64,000 bases of DNA from Candidatus Giovannonibacteria bacterium RIFCSPHIGHO2_12_FULL_44_22. Lineage in GTDB: Bacteria > Patescibacteriota > Minisyncoccia > UBA11713 > 2-01-FULL-45-33. Positions within the stretch are counted from its first letter, which is position 1; each line of letters starts with the position of its first letter. Below are positions 1 to 8,285 of this stretch, piece by piece. The notes under the pieces were generated by a model. That model made no database searches. It was not told the origin of the DNA and was given only the letters and a program-made list of their open reading frames with translations. The position numbers and the translations under genes are program-made. Where the stretch lies: NCBI GenBank assembly GCA_001778695.1, contig MFHU01000003.1:1521-65520 (forward strand), read 5' to 3'.

Positions 1-277
1 GGGATGTTCGCGGGGCGGAGGACGGGGACAGTTTCATCATTTAAAACTTTTTCAAAATCTTTTCCTTCAAGCGAATGGTTGCCTCCGGTAAAAATATTAA
101 CTCCCGCCTCACGCAATTCATTAATTTGTTTTATACCGATTCCTTTTCCGTGCGCGATGTTTTCAATGTTGGCAATGACAACGTCCGGAGAAAATTTTTC
201 TCGCCACTTCGGCAAAATCGTTTTCACACCAGCTCTCCCAAGTTTTCCAAAAACATCGCCAAAAATTAAGAGTTTCA
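1..277 (-). CDS. ymdB: YmdB-like metallophosphoesterase (TIGR00282 family), N-terminal part only; gene continues past the window start
   Basis: Reverse-strand translation from the ATG at 277 reads MKLLIFGDVFGKLGRAGVKTILPKWREKFSPDVVIANIENIAHGKGIGIKQINELREAGVNIFTGGNHSLEGKD, the typical YmdB N-terminus. It lies downstream of rny, matching the conserved rny-ymdB pairing. Confidence 0.75.
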
Positions 278-297
278 TATTGTTTCAATATAGGGTT

Positions 298-576
298 TCA
301 CGATTTCACCTTATAAACTTTATCGTGATGATCGAAATCCAAAAAGCGGATTTCGTTTCCTAAAATTTTATAAACTAAAACGAAAGAACCAATATGAACG
401 CGTCTTAGCTGTTTCATATCATAACGAAGCGGTTTGCCCGTTTCTGGATTATTGAGAATTTTATTTATTTGTTCTTCTATTTGGCGCAGGGCTTGCCTAT
501 CTTTCTTTTCTAGTTTTTTTAAAACCCTTTTTAACTTTTCGGAAAAGAATGGAAAATAGTTAGATTGCTCGATCAT
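298..576 (-). CDS. RelE/ParE-family type II toxin
   Basis: 92 aa. C-terminal ...HIGSFVLVYKILGNEIRFLDFDHHDKVY matches the RelE/ParE fold signature. Overlaps the upstream small ORF by 1 nt. Confidence 0.7.
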   Translation of the reverse strand: MIEQSNYFPFFSEKLKRVLKKLEKKDRQALRQIEEQINKILNNPETGKPLRYDMKQLRRVHIGSFVLVYKILGNEIRFLDFDHHDKVYKVKS

Positions 577-809
577 TATGATCTTAACTTATCGAAGTAT
601 GTTTTCAGTTCTTCTCTACTGCGAAACTTAATTCCTTTCCCTTGATCCATCTCGGCGTCTATTTGAGCAAGTTTTTTTAAATATTCTGGCCTTACTTCTT
701 CAAAGGCGTGTTCATCAATGGCTTTTTTGATTATATTTAACTCAACCTCAAATCTTTTTTGAGTCTCCACAACCTTTTTAAGCTCTTTTTGAATAATCGC
801 CGTAGTCAT
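576..809 (-). CDS. putative antitoxin partner of the RelE-like toxin
   Basis: 77 aa helical acidic protein immediately upstream of, and overlapping (ATGA), the toxin ORF. Assignment is by operon position only. Confidence 0.45.
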   Translation of the reverse strand: MTTAIIQKELKKVVETQKRFEVELNIIKKAIDEHAFEEVRPEYLKKLAQIDAEMDQGKGIKFRSREELKTYFDKLRS

Positions 810-830
810 ATTGATTTTATAATATCACAA

Positions 831-2357
831 TTACCGGGCATACTCTATAGCTCTTAGCTCTCTAATTACATTTACTTTTATTTCTCCGGGATATTTTAAT
901 TCGGATTCAATGCGGTCGGCGATATCTCGCGCCATTTTTTTGGCTTCCAGATCGGTAATTTTGTCCGGCGTTATAAAAATTCTTATTTCGCGGCCGGCCT
1001 GAATAGCGTAAGTTTTTTCAACACCCGGGAAAGTATTGGCGATTCTTTCCAAATCTTCCAGCCGTTTTAAATAATTTTCAACGCTGTCTCTCCTGGCGCC
1101 CGGGCGGGATGCAGAAATCGCGTCCGCCGTCTGCACAATGATTGATTCCAAAGTTTCGTAAGGATATTCTTCGTGGTGCGATTGCATGGCTTGAATGACG
1201 CGCTGGTCCACGTTGAATTTTTGCAAAATTCTCCGGCCGATCTCAACATGCGTTCCTTGAATTTCATGGTCCACGGCTTTTCCGATATCGTGAAGAAGCG
1301 CGCCCTTTTTTGCGATGCCAACATCGGCTTTCAATTCCGAAGCCAGCATTCCGGAAATATGCGCCATTTCAACCGAATGTTGCAGAACATTTTGGCCGTA
1401 GGAAGTTCTAAATTTTAATCTGCCGACAAGCATCAGAAGCCTCGGGTCAACATCCAAAATCCTGACTTCGTAAGCCGCTTTTTCTCCCGCGTCTTTGATT
1501 ATTTTTTCAATTTCAACTTTCGCTTTTTCAACCATTTCTTCAATCCGCGCTGGCTGGATTCTGCCGTCTAAAATCAAGTTTTCCAAAGCGACTCTGGCAA
1601 TTTGGCGCCTGACTGGATCAAAACTTGAAATAATAATTACTCCGGGAGTGTCGTCAACGATCAGCTCAACTCCCGCAGCGCGCTCAAAGGCGCGAATGTT
1701 TCTACCTTCTTTTCCGATTATTTTTCCTTTAATATCGTCCGAAGGGATAGTGAGAGACGTCACCGTAACCTCGGAAGCGGTGGAAGAGGCCACGCGCTGG
1801 ATTACGGAAGCAAGAATATCTCGCGCTTTTCTTTCTAAAGTTTCCAAACCGAACTGTTCGATTTTTTGGATGCGGGCTAAAATATCGTTGGAGTGTTTTT
1901 TTTCAACTTCTTCTATAATTTTCGTTTTGGCTTCTTCTTCAGTGAGCCCGGCAACTTTTGCCAGCTCCTCGCGTTTCTGGATTTCAATCGCTTCCAACTG
2001 TTCCTTCATAGATTTCACTTTTTCAAATTTTTCCTGAAGGTTTTGCGTTTCTTTATCCAGCTCCGCGGACTTTTTTTCCAAAATCTCGTCTTTGTGGGCG
2101 AGCCGCTCCTCAATTTTTCTTAGCTCCTTTTCCTGTTCTTTTTGCTCACGCTTGGCCTCTTCCGAGATTTTTTCGGCGCGCGACTTGGCTTCGTCCAATG
2201 TCTTTTGAGCGGATTCTTTCGCATCCAGTAATATTTGTTTGGCTTTAAGCTCCAGCGTGTCCTTCCGCTGCTGAGCGATGATTTGGCGCAGAAAGTAACC
2301 GGCCGCCGCGCCCGCCACTAGCGCAATAGCCGCTTTTACAAGCGTAAGTATATCCAT
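831..2357 (-). CDS. rny: ribonuclease Y
   Basis: 508 aa. N-terminal TM helix, long coiled coil, KH domain (IIGKEGRNIRAFE), HD domain (LLHDIGKAVDHE). Confidence 0.92.
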   Translation of the reverse strand: MDILTLVKAAIALVAGAAAGYFLRQIIAQQRKDTLELKAKQILLDAKESAQKTLDEAKSRAEKISEEAKREQKEQEKELRKIEERLAHKDEILEKKSAELDKETQNLQEKFEKVKSMKEQLEAIEIQKREELAKVAGLTEEEAKTKIIEEVEKKHSNDILARIQKIEQFGLETLERKARDILASVIQRVASSTASEVTVTSLTIPSDDIKGKIIGKEGRNIRAFERAAGVELIVDDTPGVIIISSFDPVRRQIARVALENLILDGRIQPARIEEMVEKAKVEIEKIIKDAGEKAAYEVRILDVDPRLLMLVGRLKFRTSYGQNVLQHSVEMAHISGMLASELKADVGIAKKGALLHDIGKAVDHEIQGTHVEIGRRILQKFNVDQRVIQAMQSHHEEYPYETLESIIVQTADAISASRPGARRDSVENYLKRLEDLERIANTFPGVEKTYAIQAGREIRIFITPDKITDLEAKKMARDIADRIESELKYPGEIKVNVIRELRAIEYAR

Positions 2358-2455
2358 ATATTTGTTTTTGTTCGGTCTTAAAAATCATTGTTAATAAAAT
2401 TATAATCCAATCTTAGCATCCTCTGTTTCAAAAAGCAAGTATTGACTCAGCGGAT

Positions 2456-2725
2456 GTGCTTGCTAGAATGGAGACAATGAGCAATATTCATTACAACTTG
2501 TTTTTACTGCCAGAACCAGAGGGCGGATTTACCGTTGTTGTTCCTGCTTTACCCGGTTGTGTTACTTATGGTAAAAACCTTGCCGAAGCCAAGAAAATGG
2601 CGGCTGACGCGATAAAGGGTTATGTCGCCAGTCTTCGCAAGCACCGAGAATCTATTCCATTGGACGACAGTTTTATAACTTCCATTAATTTAAACTCGCC
2701 TTCTAAAGTTCCAGCGCATGCCTAG
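2456..2725 (+). CDS. hicB: HicB-family antitoxin
   Basis: N-terminus HYNLFLLPEPEGGFTVVVPALPGCVTYGKNLAEA matches the HicB/UPF0150 fold. Overlaps the downstream hicA. Confidence 0.75.
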   Translation: MLARMETMSNIHYNLFLLPEPEGGFTVVVPALPGCVTYGKNLAEAKKMAADAIKGYVASLRKHRESIPLDDSFITSINLNSPSKVPAHA

Positions 2726-2942
2726 GTTGCCGTCTTTATCGCCCAAAAAGATTATAAAAATTTTAAAACAGCATGGCTTCCAGTTGGATCATACTACGGG
2801 AAGCCATTTTATTTTCTACAACCCAGAAACCAAAAAGAGGACGACTGTTGCCTATCATGCCAAAGAACTTCCTCGCGGCACTTTGATTTCTATACTCAAA
2901 CAAACCGGAATTTCAACAGAAAATTTAGAAAAAGCTAAATAA
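2718..2942 (+). CDS. hicA: HicA-family mRNA interferase toxin
   Basis: 74 aa with KILKQHGF...TGSH...AYHAKELPRGTLISILKQTG, the HicA/YcfA signature. Confidence 0.8.
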   Translation: MPRLPSLSPKKIIKILKQHGFQLDHTTGSHFIFYNPETKKRTTVAYHAKELPRGTLISILKQTGISTENLEKAK

Positions 2943-3005
2943 AAAAAGCCCCGCGCGGTTTTACCAGGTAGGGCTATTGGGGTGACCCTTTGCGCATAAC
3001 AGCTA

Positions 3006-3224
3006 TCAATACTTGGACGTGGGGTGAAGCCTTCTGATGTAGAAATGATGATAATCAATATTTTTATCAGCTCGCTCCCAATAGCCTGCGCCAGGCACAT
3101 ATCCCATTTCTTGAGAAAGATGGGTTGTTGCCTCTTCTTCAGAATTAAAAGGTCCAATACACACTATCCTATCATCGGATACTAAAATATGCATAGGTTT
3201 CTCCTTCTCCCCATATGATAGCAA
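3006..3224 (-). CDS. hypothetical small protein
   Basis: 72-aa ORF in an otherwise empty interval. No recognisable motif or ribosome-binding site. Confidence 0.2.
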   Translation of the reverse strand: MLSYGEKEKPMHILVSDDRIVCIGPFNSEEEATTHLSQEMGYVPGAGYWERADKNIDYHHFYIRRLHPTSKY

Positions 3225-3276
3225 TATCTACGATACGTGTCAAGTGGGGTGTAGTGTGGTATAATTGAGTTAAAAT

Positions 3277-4872
3277 ATGGTCAAAAAATACAAGCCAGTT
3301 ATTTTGGTGGTGCTGGATGGGTTTGGGGTGAATGTTGGAAATCCGGAATCAACTTGGAAGCATGCCAAGATGCCAACTTTTCGCGAATTGGAAAAATTTT
3401 TTCCATTCACGACTCTTCAAGCCTCCGGGATCGCGGTGGGTTTGCCATGGGGCGAAGAAGGAAATTCCGAAGTGGGGCATTTAACCCTAGGCGCGGGCAA
3501 ACCCCTGTATCATCATCTGCCGAGAATCATCACCTCCATTCACAACGGGTCTTTTTTTCAAAACCGGGCTTTTTTGGACGCGGCGGATTTTGTAAAAAAA
3601 GGGAATGGAAAAATGCACTTGATGGGGCTTTTTTCTTCGGGTTCTGTGCACGCTTATATTGACCACCTTTACGCGCTTTTAGATTTTTGCAATGGCCAAA
3701 AAGTAAATCAAGTATATCTGCATCTTTTCACTGACGGTAAAGACGCTCCGACAAAAGAAGCAGGTTTATTTTTAAAGCAATTAGATGAACGGCTCGCGGC
3801 CAAATATCCATTTGCCAAAATTGCGACTGTAGCCGGCAGATATTTTGCTTTGGATAGAGATGAAAATTGGGACAGAATTGAAAAATTTTACAAATGCCTA
3901 ACTTTGGGCGAAGGCGAAATTTTTAAAAACGCCCCCGATTACGTTGAGGCGTCTTATGGAAAAAATATCACAGACGAATTGATTCCGCCGGCGTCTTTGG
4001 GCTCCAAAGAAGGCCGGATTGAAGCAGGGGACGCGGTGATTTTTTATAATTATAGAGAAGACTCGGAGCGGGAGCTGACCTCCGCTTTTGTTTTAAATAA
4101 TTTTTCCGGATTTTCAAGGGAAAAAATAAATAATTTGTTTTTTGTGACTATGACGGAGTACGACAAGCGTTTTCCGGCGGAGGTGGCTTTTCCGCCGATG
4201 GACATAAGCTGGCCACTTGCGCGGATAATTTCCGAGGCCGGGCTGAAACAGCTCCACATTGCCGAGACCGAAAAATACGCGCATGTCACTTATTTTTTTA
4301 ACGGCGGGCGGGAAATTCCCTATCCGGGCGAGGAGCGTATTTTGATACCTTCTCCGAAAACGGCGCGCTTTGACCAAACACCGGAGATGTCGGCCGCCAA
4401 AATTACGGACACGGTTCTGGAAAACTGGGACAAGTATGATTTTATTCTGGTGAATTTTTCCAACGGCGACATGGTAGGGCACACCGGAAATTTTGACGCT
4501 ACCGTGAAAGCCGTTGAGGCGCTAGATTTTTCCATCGGGAAAATTATTTTAAAAATTTTAGAAGCTGGCCCGCCTAGACTCGGCGAGGCTGGCGGAGCGA
4601 CGATTATAACGGCCGACCACGGCAATGCGGAAGATAAAGTTTATTCGGCTTCGGGCGAGAAGCGCACCAAGCATACCGCCAATCCAGTGCCGTTTTTTGT
4701 GGCTAGCGCGGATTTAAAAAGCCAAAAACCTCGGCCGGACAACGAAATTTTCTCGCGCTATATGGAGGTGAAGGGCGTGCTCGCCGACATCGCGCCCACG
4801 GTTTTATCTTTGATGGCGCTCCAGCAACCCGCCGATATGTCCGGCGTGAATTTACTTCCGAAGATTTTATAA
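3277..4872 (+). CDS. gpmI: 2,3-bisphosphoglycerate-independent phosphoglycerate mutase
   Basis: 531 aa. N-terminus PVILVVLDGFG...NSEVGHLTLGAGKP and C-terminus ITADHGNAE are hallmark iPGM motifs. Contains an in-frame GC-rich repeat (see repeat at 4567..4599). Confidence 0.9.
   Translation: MVKKYKPVILVVLDGFGVNVGNPESTWKHAKMPTFRELEKFFPFTTLQASGIAVGLPWGEEGNSEVGHLTLGAGKPLYHHLPRIITSIHNGSFFQNRAFLDAADFVKKGNGKMHLMGLFSSGSVHAYIDHLYALLDFCNGQKVNQVYLHLFTDGKDAPTKEAGLFLKQLDERLAAKYPFAKIATVAGRYFALDRDENWDRIEKFYKCLTLGEGEIFKNAPDYVEASYGKNITDELIPPASLGSKEGRIEAGDAVIFYNYREDSERELTSAFVLNNFSGFSREKINNLFFVTMTEYDKRFPAEVAFPPMDISWPLARIISEAGLKQLHIAETEKYAHVTYFFNGGREIPYPGEERILIPSPKTARFDQTPEMSAAKITDTVLENWDKYDFILVNFSNGDMVGHTGNFDATVKAVEALDFSIGKIILKILEAGPPRLGEAGGATIITADHGNAEDKVYSASGEKRTKHTANPVPFFVASADLKSQKPRPDNEIFSRYMEVKGVLADIAPTVLSLMALQQPADMSGVNLLPKIL
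4567..4599. repeat. GC-rich motif CCCGCCTAGACTC...GGCGAGGCTGGCGG inside gpmI; same motif family as at the clpP 3' end
   Basis: Direct sequence match of a 13-mer plus downstream CGAGGCTGNCGG with 6732..6782. Encodes the extra peptide EAGPPRLGEAGGA just upstream of the ITADHGNAE motif. Confidence 0.6.
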
Positions 4873-4881
4873 AAATTAATT

Positions 4882-5160
4882 TTACGAAATTTTGGAGTCG
4901 ACGTACGAGGGGAGCCAGTCCATCAGTTTTTTGCGATGTTTATCTATTGACCATTCGTCGCCGCGTTTAAAAAGCGTCGGGTGCAGAACCTGAAATTCTT
5001 TCAATATTTTTGCCGATACCTTGGGAAAATCCAAAGGAACGCTCTTGTTGTAAGATTCCATAAAATTCGCGAGGGTTGTCGTGTTTTGATTAAGCTCCAG
5101 TTCGCGGTCTTTTTTGCTTCTCATATTTTTAATCCTAGCGCGAATCAATATAAAAAGCAA
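4882..5160 (-). CDS. hypothetical protein
   Basis: ORF of about 80-92 aa. The likely start is an internal Met (MRSKKDRELE...). No known domain recognised. Confidence 0.3.
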   Translation of the reverse strand: MLFILIRARIKNMRSKKDRELELNQNTTTLANFMESYNKSVPLDFPKVSAKILKEFQVLHPTLFKRGDEWSIDKHRKKLMDWLPSYVDSKIS

Positions 5161-5166
5161 GTTTTA

Positions 5167-5238
5167 TGGGCGTTGTAGGGATTGAACCTACGACCTTCTC
5201 GGTGTAAACGAGACGCTCTGCCACTGAGCTAAACGCCC
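5167..5238 (-). tRNA. tRNA-Val (anticodon TAC)
   Basis: Reverse complement GGGCGTTTAGCTCAGTGGCAGAGCGTCTCGTTTACACCGAGAAGGTCGTAGGTTCAATCCCTACAACGCCCA folds as a cloverleaf. Anticodon loop TTTACAC. Confidence 0.8.
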
Positions 5239-5252
5239 GTATATTTTATTTT

Positions 5253-5324
5253 TGCCGCGGGGCAGAATCGAACTGCCGACGCCATCCTCTTCAGGGATGC
5301 GCTCTGCCACTGAGCTACCGCGGC
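5253..5324 (-). tRNA. tRNA-Phe (anticodon GAA)
   Basis: Reverse complement GCCGCGGTAGCTCAGTGGCAGAGCGCATCCCTGAAGAGGATGGCGTCGGCAGTTCGATTCTGCCCCGCGGCA. Anticodon loop CTGAAGA. Confidence 0.85.
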
Positions 5325-5372
5325 AAGCAGTACCACTCCAGCGTAAAAATATATTAGCAGAATTGACCAATC

Positions 5373-6569
5373 TTGGCAAAAAGGATAAGATATTTTCAGA
5401 GGAGACAAAATATGTTTAAAGAAAAAACTGGGTTGTCTGCAATATCGCTTTTTTTGTGTGAAATTAAACAAATTCCTTTGTTGGGCAAAGAGGGAGAGAT
5501 CGCGGCATTCGTAGAGTTGGAAAAAGCAAAAAACGTTTTGTTTAAAAAAGCTCTTTTTCTAAAGCCCGTTCGCGAACAGATGCTCTTTGATTTAAAAAAT
5601 TTTGTTTTGGGTAAGAGCCATAATTCTCGTCCAAAAACGGATGAGGATAAAGATAATATTCGCACCGATCTTAATGCGGCTAAATCGCTCTTTAAGAAAA
5701 TTAGCGGAACTCGCAAATCTTTATGGTGGAATATTATTCAGAATTCCGGAGTTTATTTTTCTCTCTGTAAACTTGAGCGGTGGATTAGCGGTTTGAAAGA
5801 TCAAAATCTTTTTTCGGACGAGCTTGCTATGGTAACCGAAATCAGAAACCGTATAATGAAAGCTAATTTAAGGTTAGTGGTTGATATTGCCAAATCTTAT
5901 CCAGCAAATTCATCTATAGATTTTTTGGATAAAATTAACGAGGGGAACATCGGGCTCATGAAAGCCGTCAGCATGTTCAATCTCTCTCTTGGCTATAAGT
6001 TTAGCACTTACGCTGTGTGGTGGATAAAGCAGTCAATTATTCGAGCTCTAGTTGAAAAAGGCCATGTAATCAGGATTCCAGTGAATAAGGCGCAAGAGAA
6101 AAGTAAAATTTCCCGAGTTTTTCTTGCTTTGGCTCAAAGTTACGGTCGCGAGCCCACCATGGTGGAACTGGCCAAAAAACTTAAGCGGTCTCAAAAACAG
6201 ATTGCGGAAGTTCTGGCAATAGTAAAAGATCCATTTAGCTTAAATGATCCTATTGAGGATGGCGAAGGCGCGGCCGAATTCATTAATATTATAAAAGACA
6301 AAATAACACCTCCACTAGAAGACTCTACGGAAGAAAAAGAGAGAATGGAACTTGTAAACTTGGCGCTGCGCGAGCTTCCGCCACGAGAAGAAATTATTTT
6401 ACGGATGCGTTTCGGAGTCGGATGCAATTATGATCATACCTTGGAAGAAGTGGGAAAAAGTTTTCATATGTCACGTGAACGGGTCAGGCAAATAGAAAAA
6501 ACAGCAAAGAGAAAACTGAGATACCGATTACTTCGCAGAGGAATCCGTCCCAAAGCATTATTTATGTGA
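5373..6569 (+). CDS. rpoD: sigma-70 family RNA polymerase sigma factor (primary-like)
   Basis: Region 2 (LRLVVDIAKSY...NEGNIGLMKAVSMFNLSLGYKFSTYAVWWIKQSI) and region 4 (TLEEVGKSFHMSRERVRQIE) present. Atypical N-terminal 100 aa. Confidence 0.85.
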   Translation: MAKRIRYFQRRQNMFKEKTGLSAISLFLCEIKQIPLLGKEGEIAAFVELEKAKNVLFKKALFLKPVREQMLFDLKNFVLGKSHNSRPKTDEDKDNIRTDLNAAKSLFKKISGTRKSLWWNIIQNSGVYFSLCKLERWISGLKDQNLFSDELAMVTEIRNRIMKANLRLVVDIAKSYPANSSIDFLDKINEGNIGLMKAVSMFNLSLGYKFSTYAVWWIKQSIIRALVEKGHVIRIPVNKAQEKSKISRVFLALAQSYGREPTMVELAKKLKRSQKQIAEVLAIVKDPFSLNDPIEDGEGAAEFINIIKDKITPPLEDSTEEKERMELVNLALRELPPREEIILRMRFGVGCNYDHTLEEVGKSFHMSRERVRQIEKTAKRKLRYRLLRRGIRPKALFM

Positions 6570-6642
6570 TCTCCGAAAAAATATGAACGCCGGTCCCCCG
6601 GCGTTTTTCTATTTGTGAGTATTTTGTTAGCATACATTTATC

Positions 6643-6714
6643 GCGCCCATAGCTCAGTGGTAGAGCGTTTGCATGACACGCAAAAGGCCTGAGGTTCGAT
6701 CCCTCATGGGCGCA
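6643..6714 (+). tRNA. tRNA-Val (anticodon GAC)
   Basis: GCGCCCATAGCTCAGTGGTAGAGCGTTTGCATGACACGCAAAAGGCCTGAGGTTCGATCCCTCATGGGCGCA. Anticodon loop ATGACAC. Confidence 0.85.
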
Positions 6715-6731
6715 AAAATTATTTTTTAGAA

Positions 6732-6782
6732 CCCGCCTAGACTCCCGTCTAGACTCGACGAGGCTGACGGCGAGGCCGGCCG
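6732..6782. repeat. GC-rich repeat CCCGCCTAGACTC (duplicated) ...CGAGGCTGACGGCGAGGCCGGCC at the clpP 3' end
   Basis: Shares a 13-mer and the downstream CGAGGCTGNCGG with gpmI 4567..4599. Contains the internal tandem CTAGACTC x2 and a GGCCGGCC palindrome. Supplies the clpP C-terminal tail and stop region. Confidence 0.6.
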
Positions 6783-7408
6783 TTTTTGGAATTTTTTCCG
6801 AGAGCGTTTTTGGATTTTACGATTTCGTCAATAACGCCGTATTTTTTGGCTTCGTCTGGATCCATATAAAAATTTCTGTCGGCGTCTCGGTCTATCTGGG
6901 AAAAGGGCTGCTTGGTATGGTGCGCTAAAATTTTATTTATTTTTTCCTTAACATGCACGATGTGCTTGGCGTCAATCGCGATATCCGAAGCCTGCCCTTC
7001 GGAGGCGCCTAAAACCTGATGAATCATAATCTCTGAATTAGGCAGAGCGTATCTTTTCCCCGCGGTGCCTCCGGCCAAAAGTATAGCAGCGCCCGAAGCC
7101 GCGAAGCCGACGCAAAGAGTCGCCACATCCGGCTTGATGTGCTGCATTGTGTCATAAACCGCGAGTGTCGCCGAAACAGAGCCTCCAGGAGAATTAATAT
7201 ATAAATAAATATCCTTTTTAGGGTCCTGCAATTCCAAAAACAAAAGCTGGGCAATAATGGTATTAGCCACGGGGTCTATAATGGGGCCGCCCAAAAAAAC
7301 AATGCGGTCCTTGAGCAATCTGGAATAAATGTCGTAGGCGCGTTCGCCGAACTGTTCTTTTTCAATGACCGTTGGGATTAAATAGGTGTTATACATTTCG
7401 TCTTCCAT
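6749..7408 (-). CDS. clpP: ATP-dependent Clp protease proteolytic subunit
   Basis: Core [17 protein letters not shown]...INSPGGSV...MIHQVLGA motifs. Start chosen at the internal Met ([16 protein letters not shown]); the longer ORF to 7507 is less likely. C-terminus carries a basic extension, [16 protein letters not shown], encoded by a GC-rich repeat. Confidence 0.88.
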   Translation of the reverse strand: MEDEMYNTYLIPTVIEKEQFGERAYDIYSRLLKDRIVFLGGPIIDPVANTIIAQLLFLELQDPKKDIYLYINSPGGSVSATLAVYDTMQHIKPDVATLCVGFAASGAAILLAGGTAGKRYALPNSEIMIHQVLGASEGQASDIAIDAKHIVHVKEKINKILAHHTKQPFSQIDRDADRNFYMDPDEAKKYGVIDEIVKSKNALGKNSKNGRPRRQPRRV

Positions 7409-7503
7409 AAAATTTATACTAACAAAAAGCATTTGTGGTTTCAAGGCGTAATATTTTTTAAATAAAAAAGGGGCGCTGATTTCAGCAACCCCGCGAATCC
7501 GTT

Positions 7504-7788
7504 TCAATCTTCATTATCGCCGATCTCAACAAAGAAGCTTCCATCATGAGTTCGGCTAAGAAAAATCGCCTGTCCACTTTCTGTTTTAAGAATCAAGGTT
7601 CCCGGATTACGCCGAGAGAAGAAACTTTCGACCAACAAGGGCGTATTTTCTCCGTCTGTTTTTCGGCCCTCCGCTAAATGGTTTCTGACCTGGCCCTCAA
7701 CAACTCGTCCAATCATTTTTCTCATTATCTTTCTCCTCCTTCCTTCGCAAAATTTTATAAAAATCTCTAATGAACTCAGCTCGTCCAC
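7504..7788 (-). CDS. hypothetical protein
   Basis: ORF of 94 aa, or about 73 aa from the internal [11 protein letters not shown] start. No domain recognised. Confidence 0.3.
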   Translation of the reverse strand: MDELSSLEIFIKFCEGRRRKIMRKMIGRVVEGQVRNHLAEGRKTDGENTPLLVESFFSRRNPGTLILKTESGQAIFLSRTHDGSFFVEIGDNED

Positions 7789-7860
7789 ATCCGCGATACA
7801 TTAAAATTTATACTAGCATGGTTGTTTTAAAAAATAAAGAGCCGCCAGGTGGCTGGCAGC

Positions 7861-8184
7861 TTAAGCGGATCGTTGAACGTTTAAATTCAAATGATCTAGG
7901 AATTTAGGTTTAAAGAGCCGGCACCTACCTTCTTCTTTGTAACACAAAACGCAATGCTCATATGCCCGCTCTTCATCCGCGACAGCAATGCCGTCTTTGT
8001 GCCACGAGCGGACAACGCCGTTTTTATCAGGTTTTCTTATGTAAGGTTTTTTCTTGCAAAGAGGATAATATCTCTCTTTTCCCATAAAACACCTTGTCAC
8101 CATGTGAAAAAATCTGCATAGCTCGTGACTAATAGCGTTTCGCCCCTTCTTTTTTGAAAGATCCAATTGTACTACCTCTCCCAT
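7861..8184 (-). CDS. hypothetical Cys/His-rich small protein
   Basis: 107-aa ORF with spaced Cys/His (CRFFHMVTRCF...YPLCKKK...HCVLCYKEEGRC). Possible zinc-binding protein. Confidence 0.3.
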   Translation of the reverse strand: MGEVVQLDLSKKKGRNAISHELCRFFHMVTRCFMGKERYYPLCKKKPYIRKPDKNGVVRSWHKDGIAVADEERAYEHCVLCYKEEGRCRLFKPKFLDHLNLNVQRSA

Positions 8185-8285
8185 TTTCTTTTTCCTTTCC
8201 GTCCATTCTCCGCCATTGTTTTTGTTTGTTTTATGCTTCCTCCTTTTTCACCCTATCATTTTTGTTTTTAAAAATCAAGTCCGCT

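Noticed and set aside
4-363. 119-aa plus-strand ORF at the window start
   Set aside because: It is antisense to a well-supported YmdB-like N-terminus on the minus strand (277..1) and has no motif of its own. Antisense shadow ORF.
1495-2123. Plus-strand ORFs of 180 and 76 aa inside rny
   Set aside because: Antisense to rny. Serine and Phe-rich low-complexity translations typical of shadow frames.
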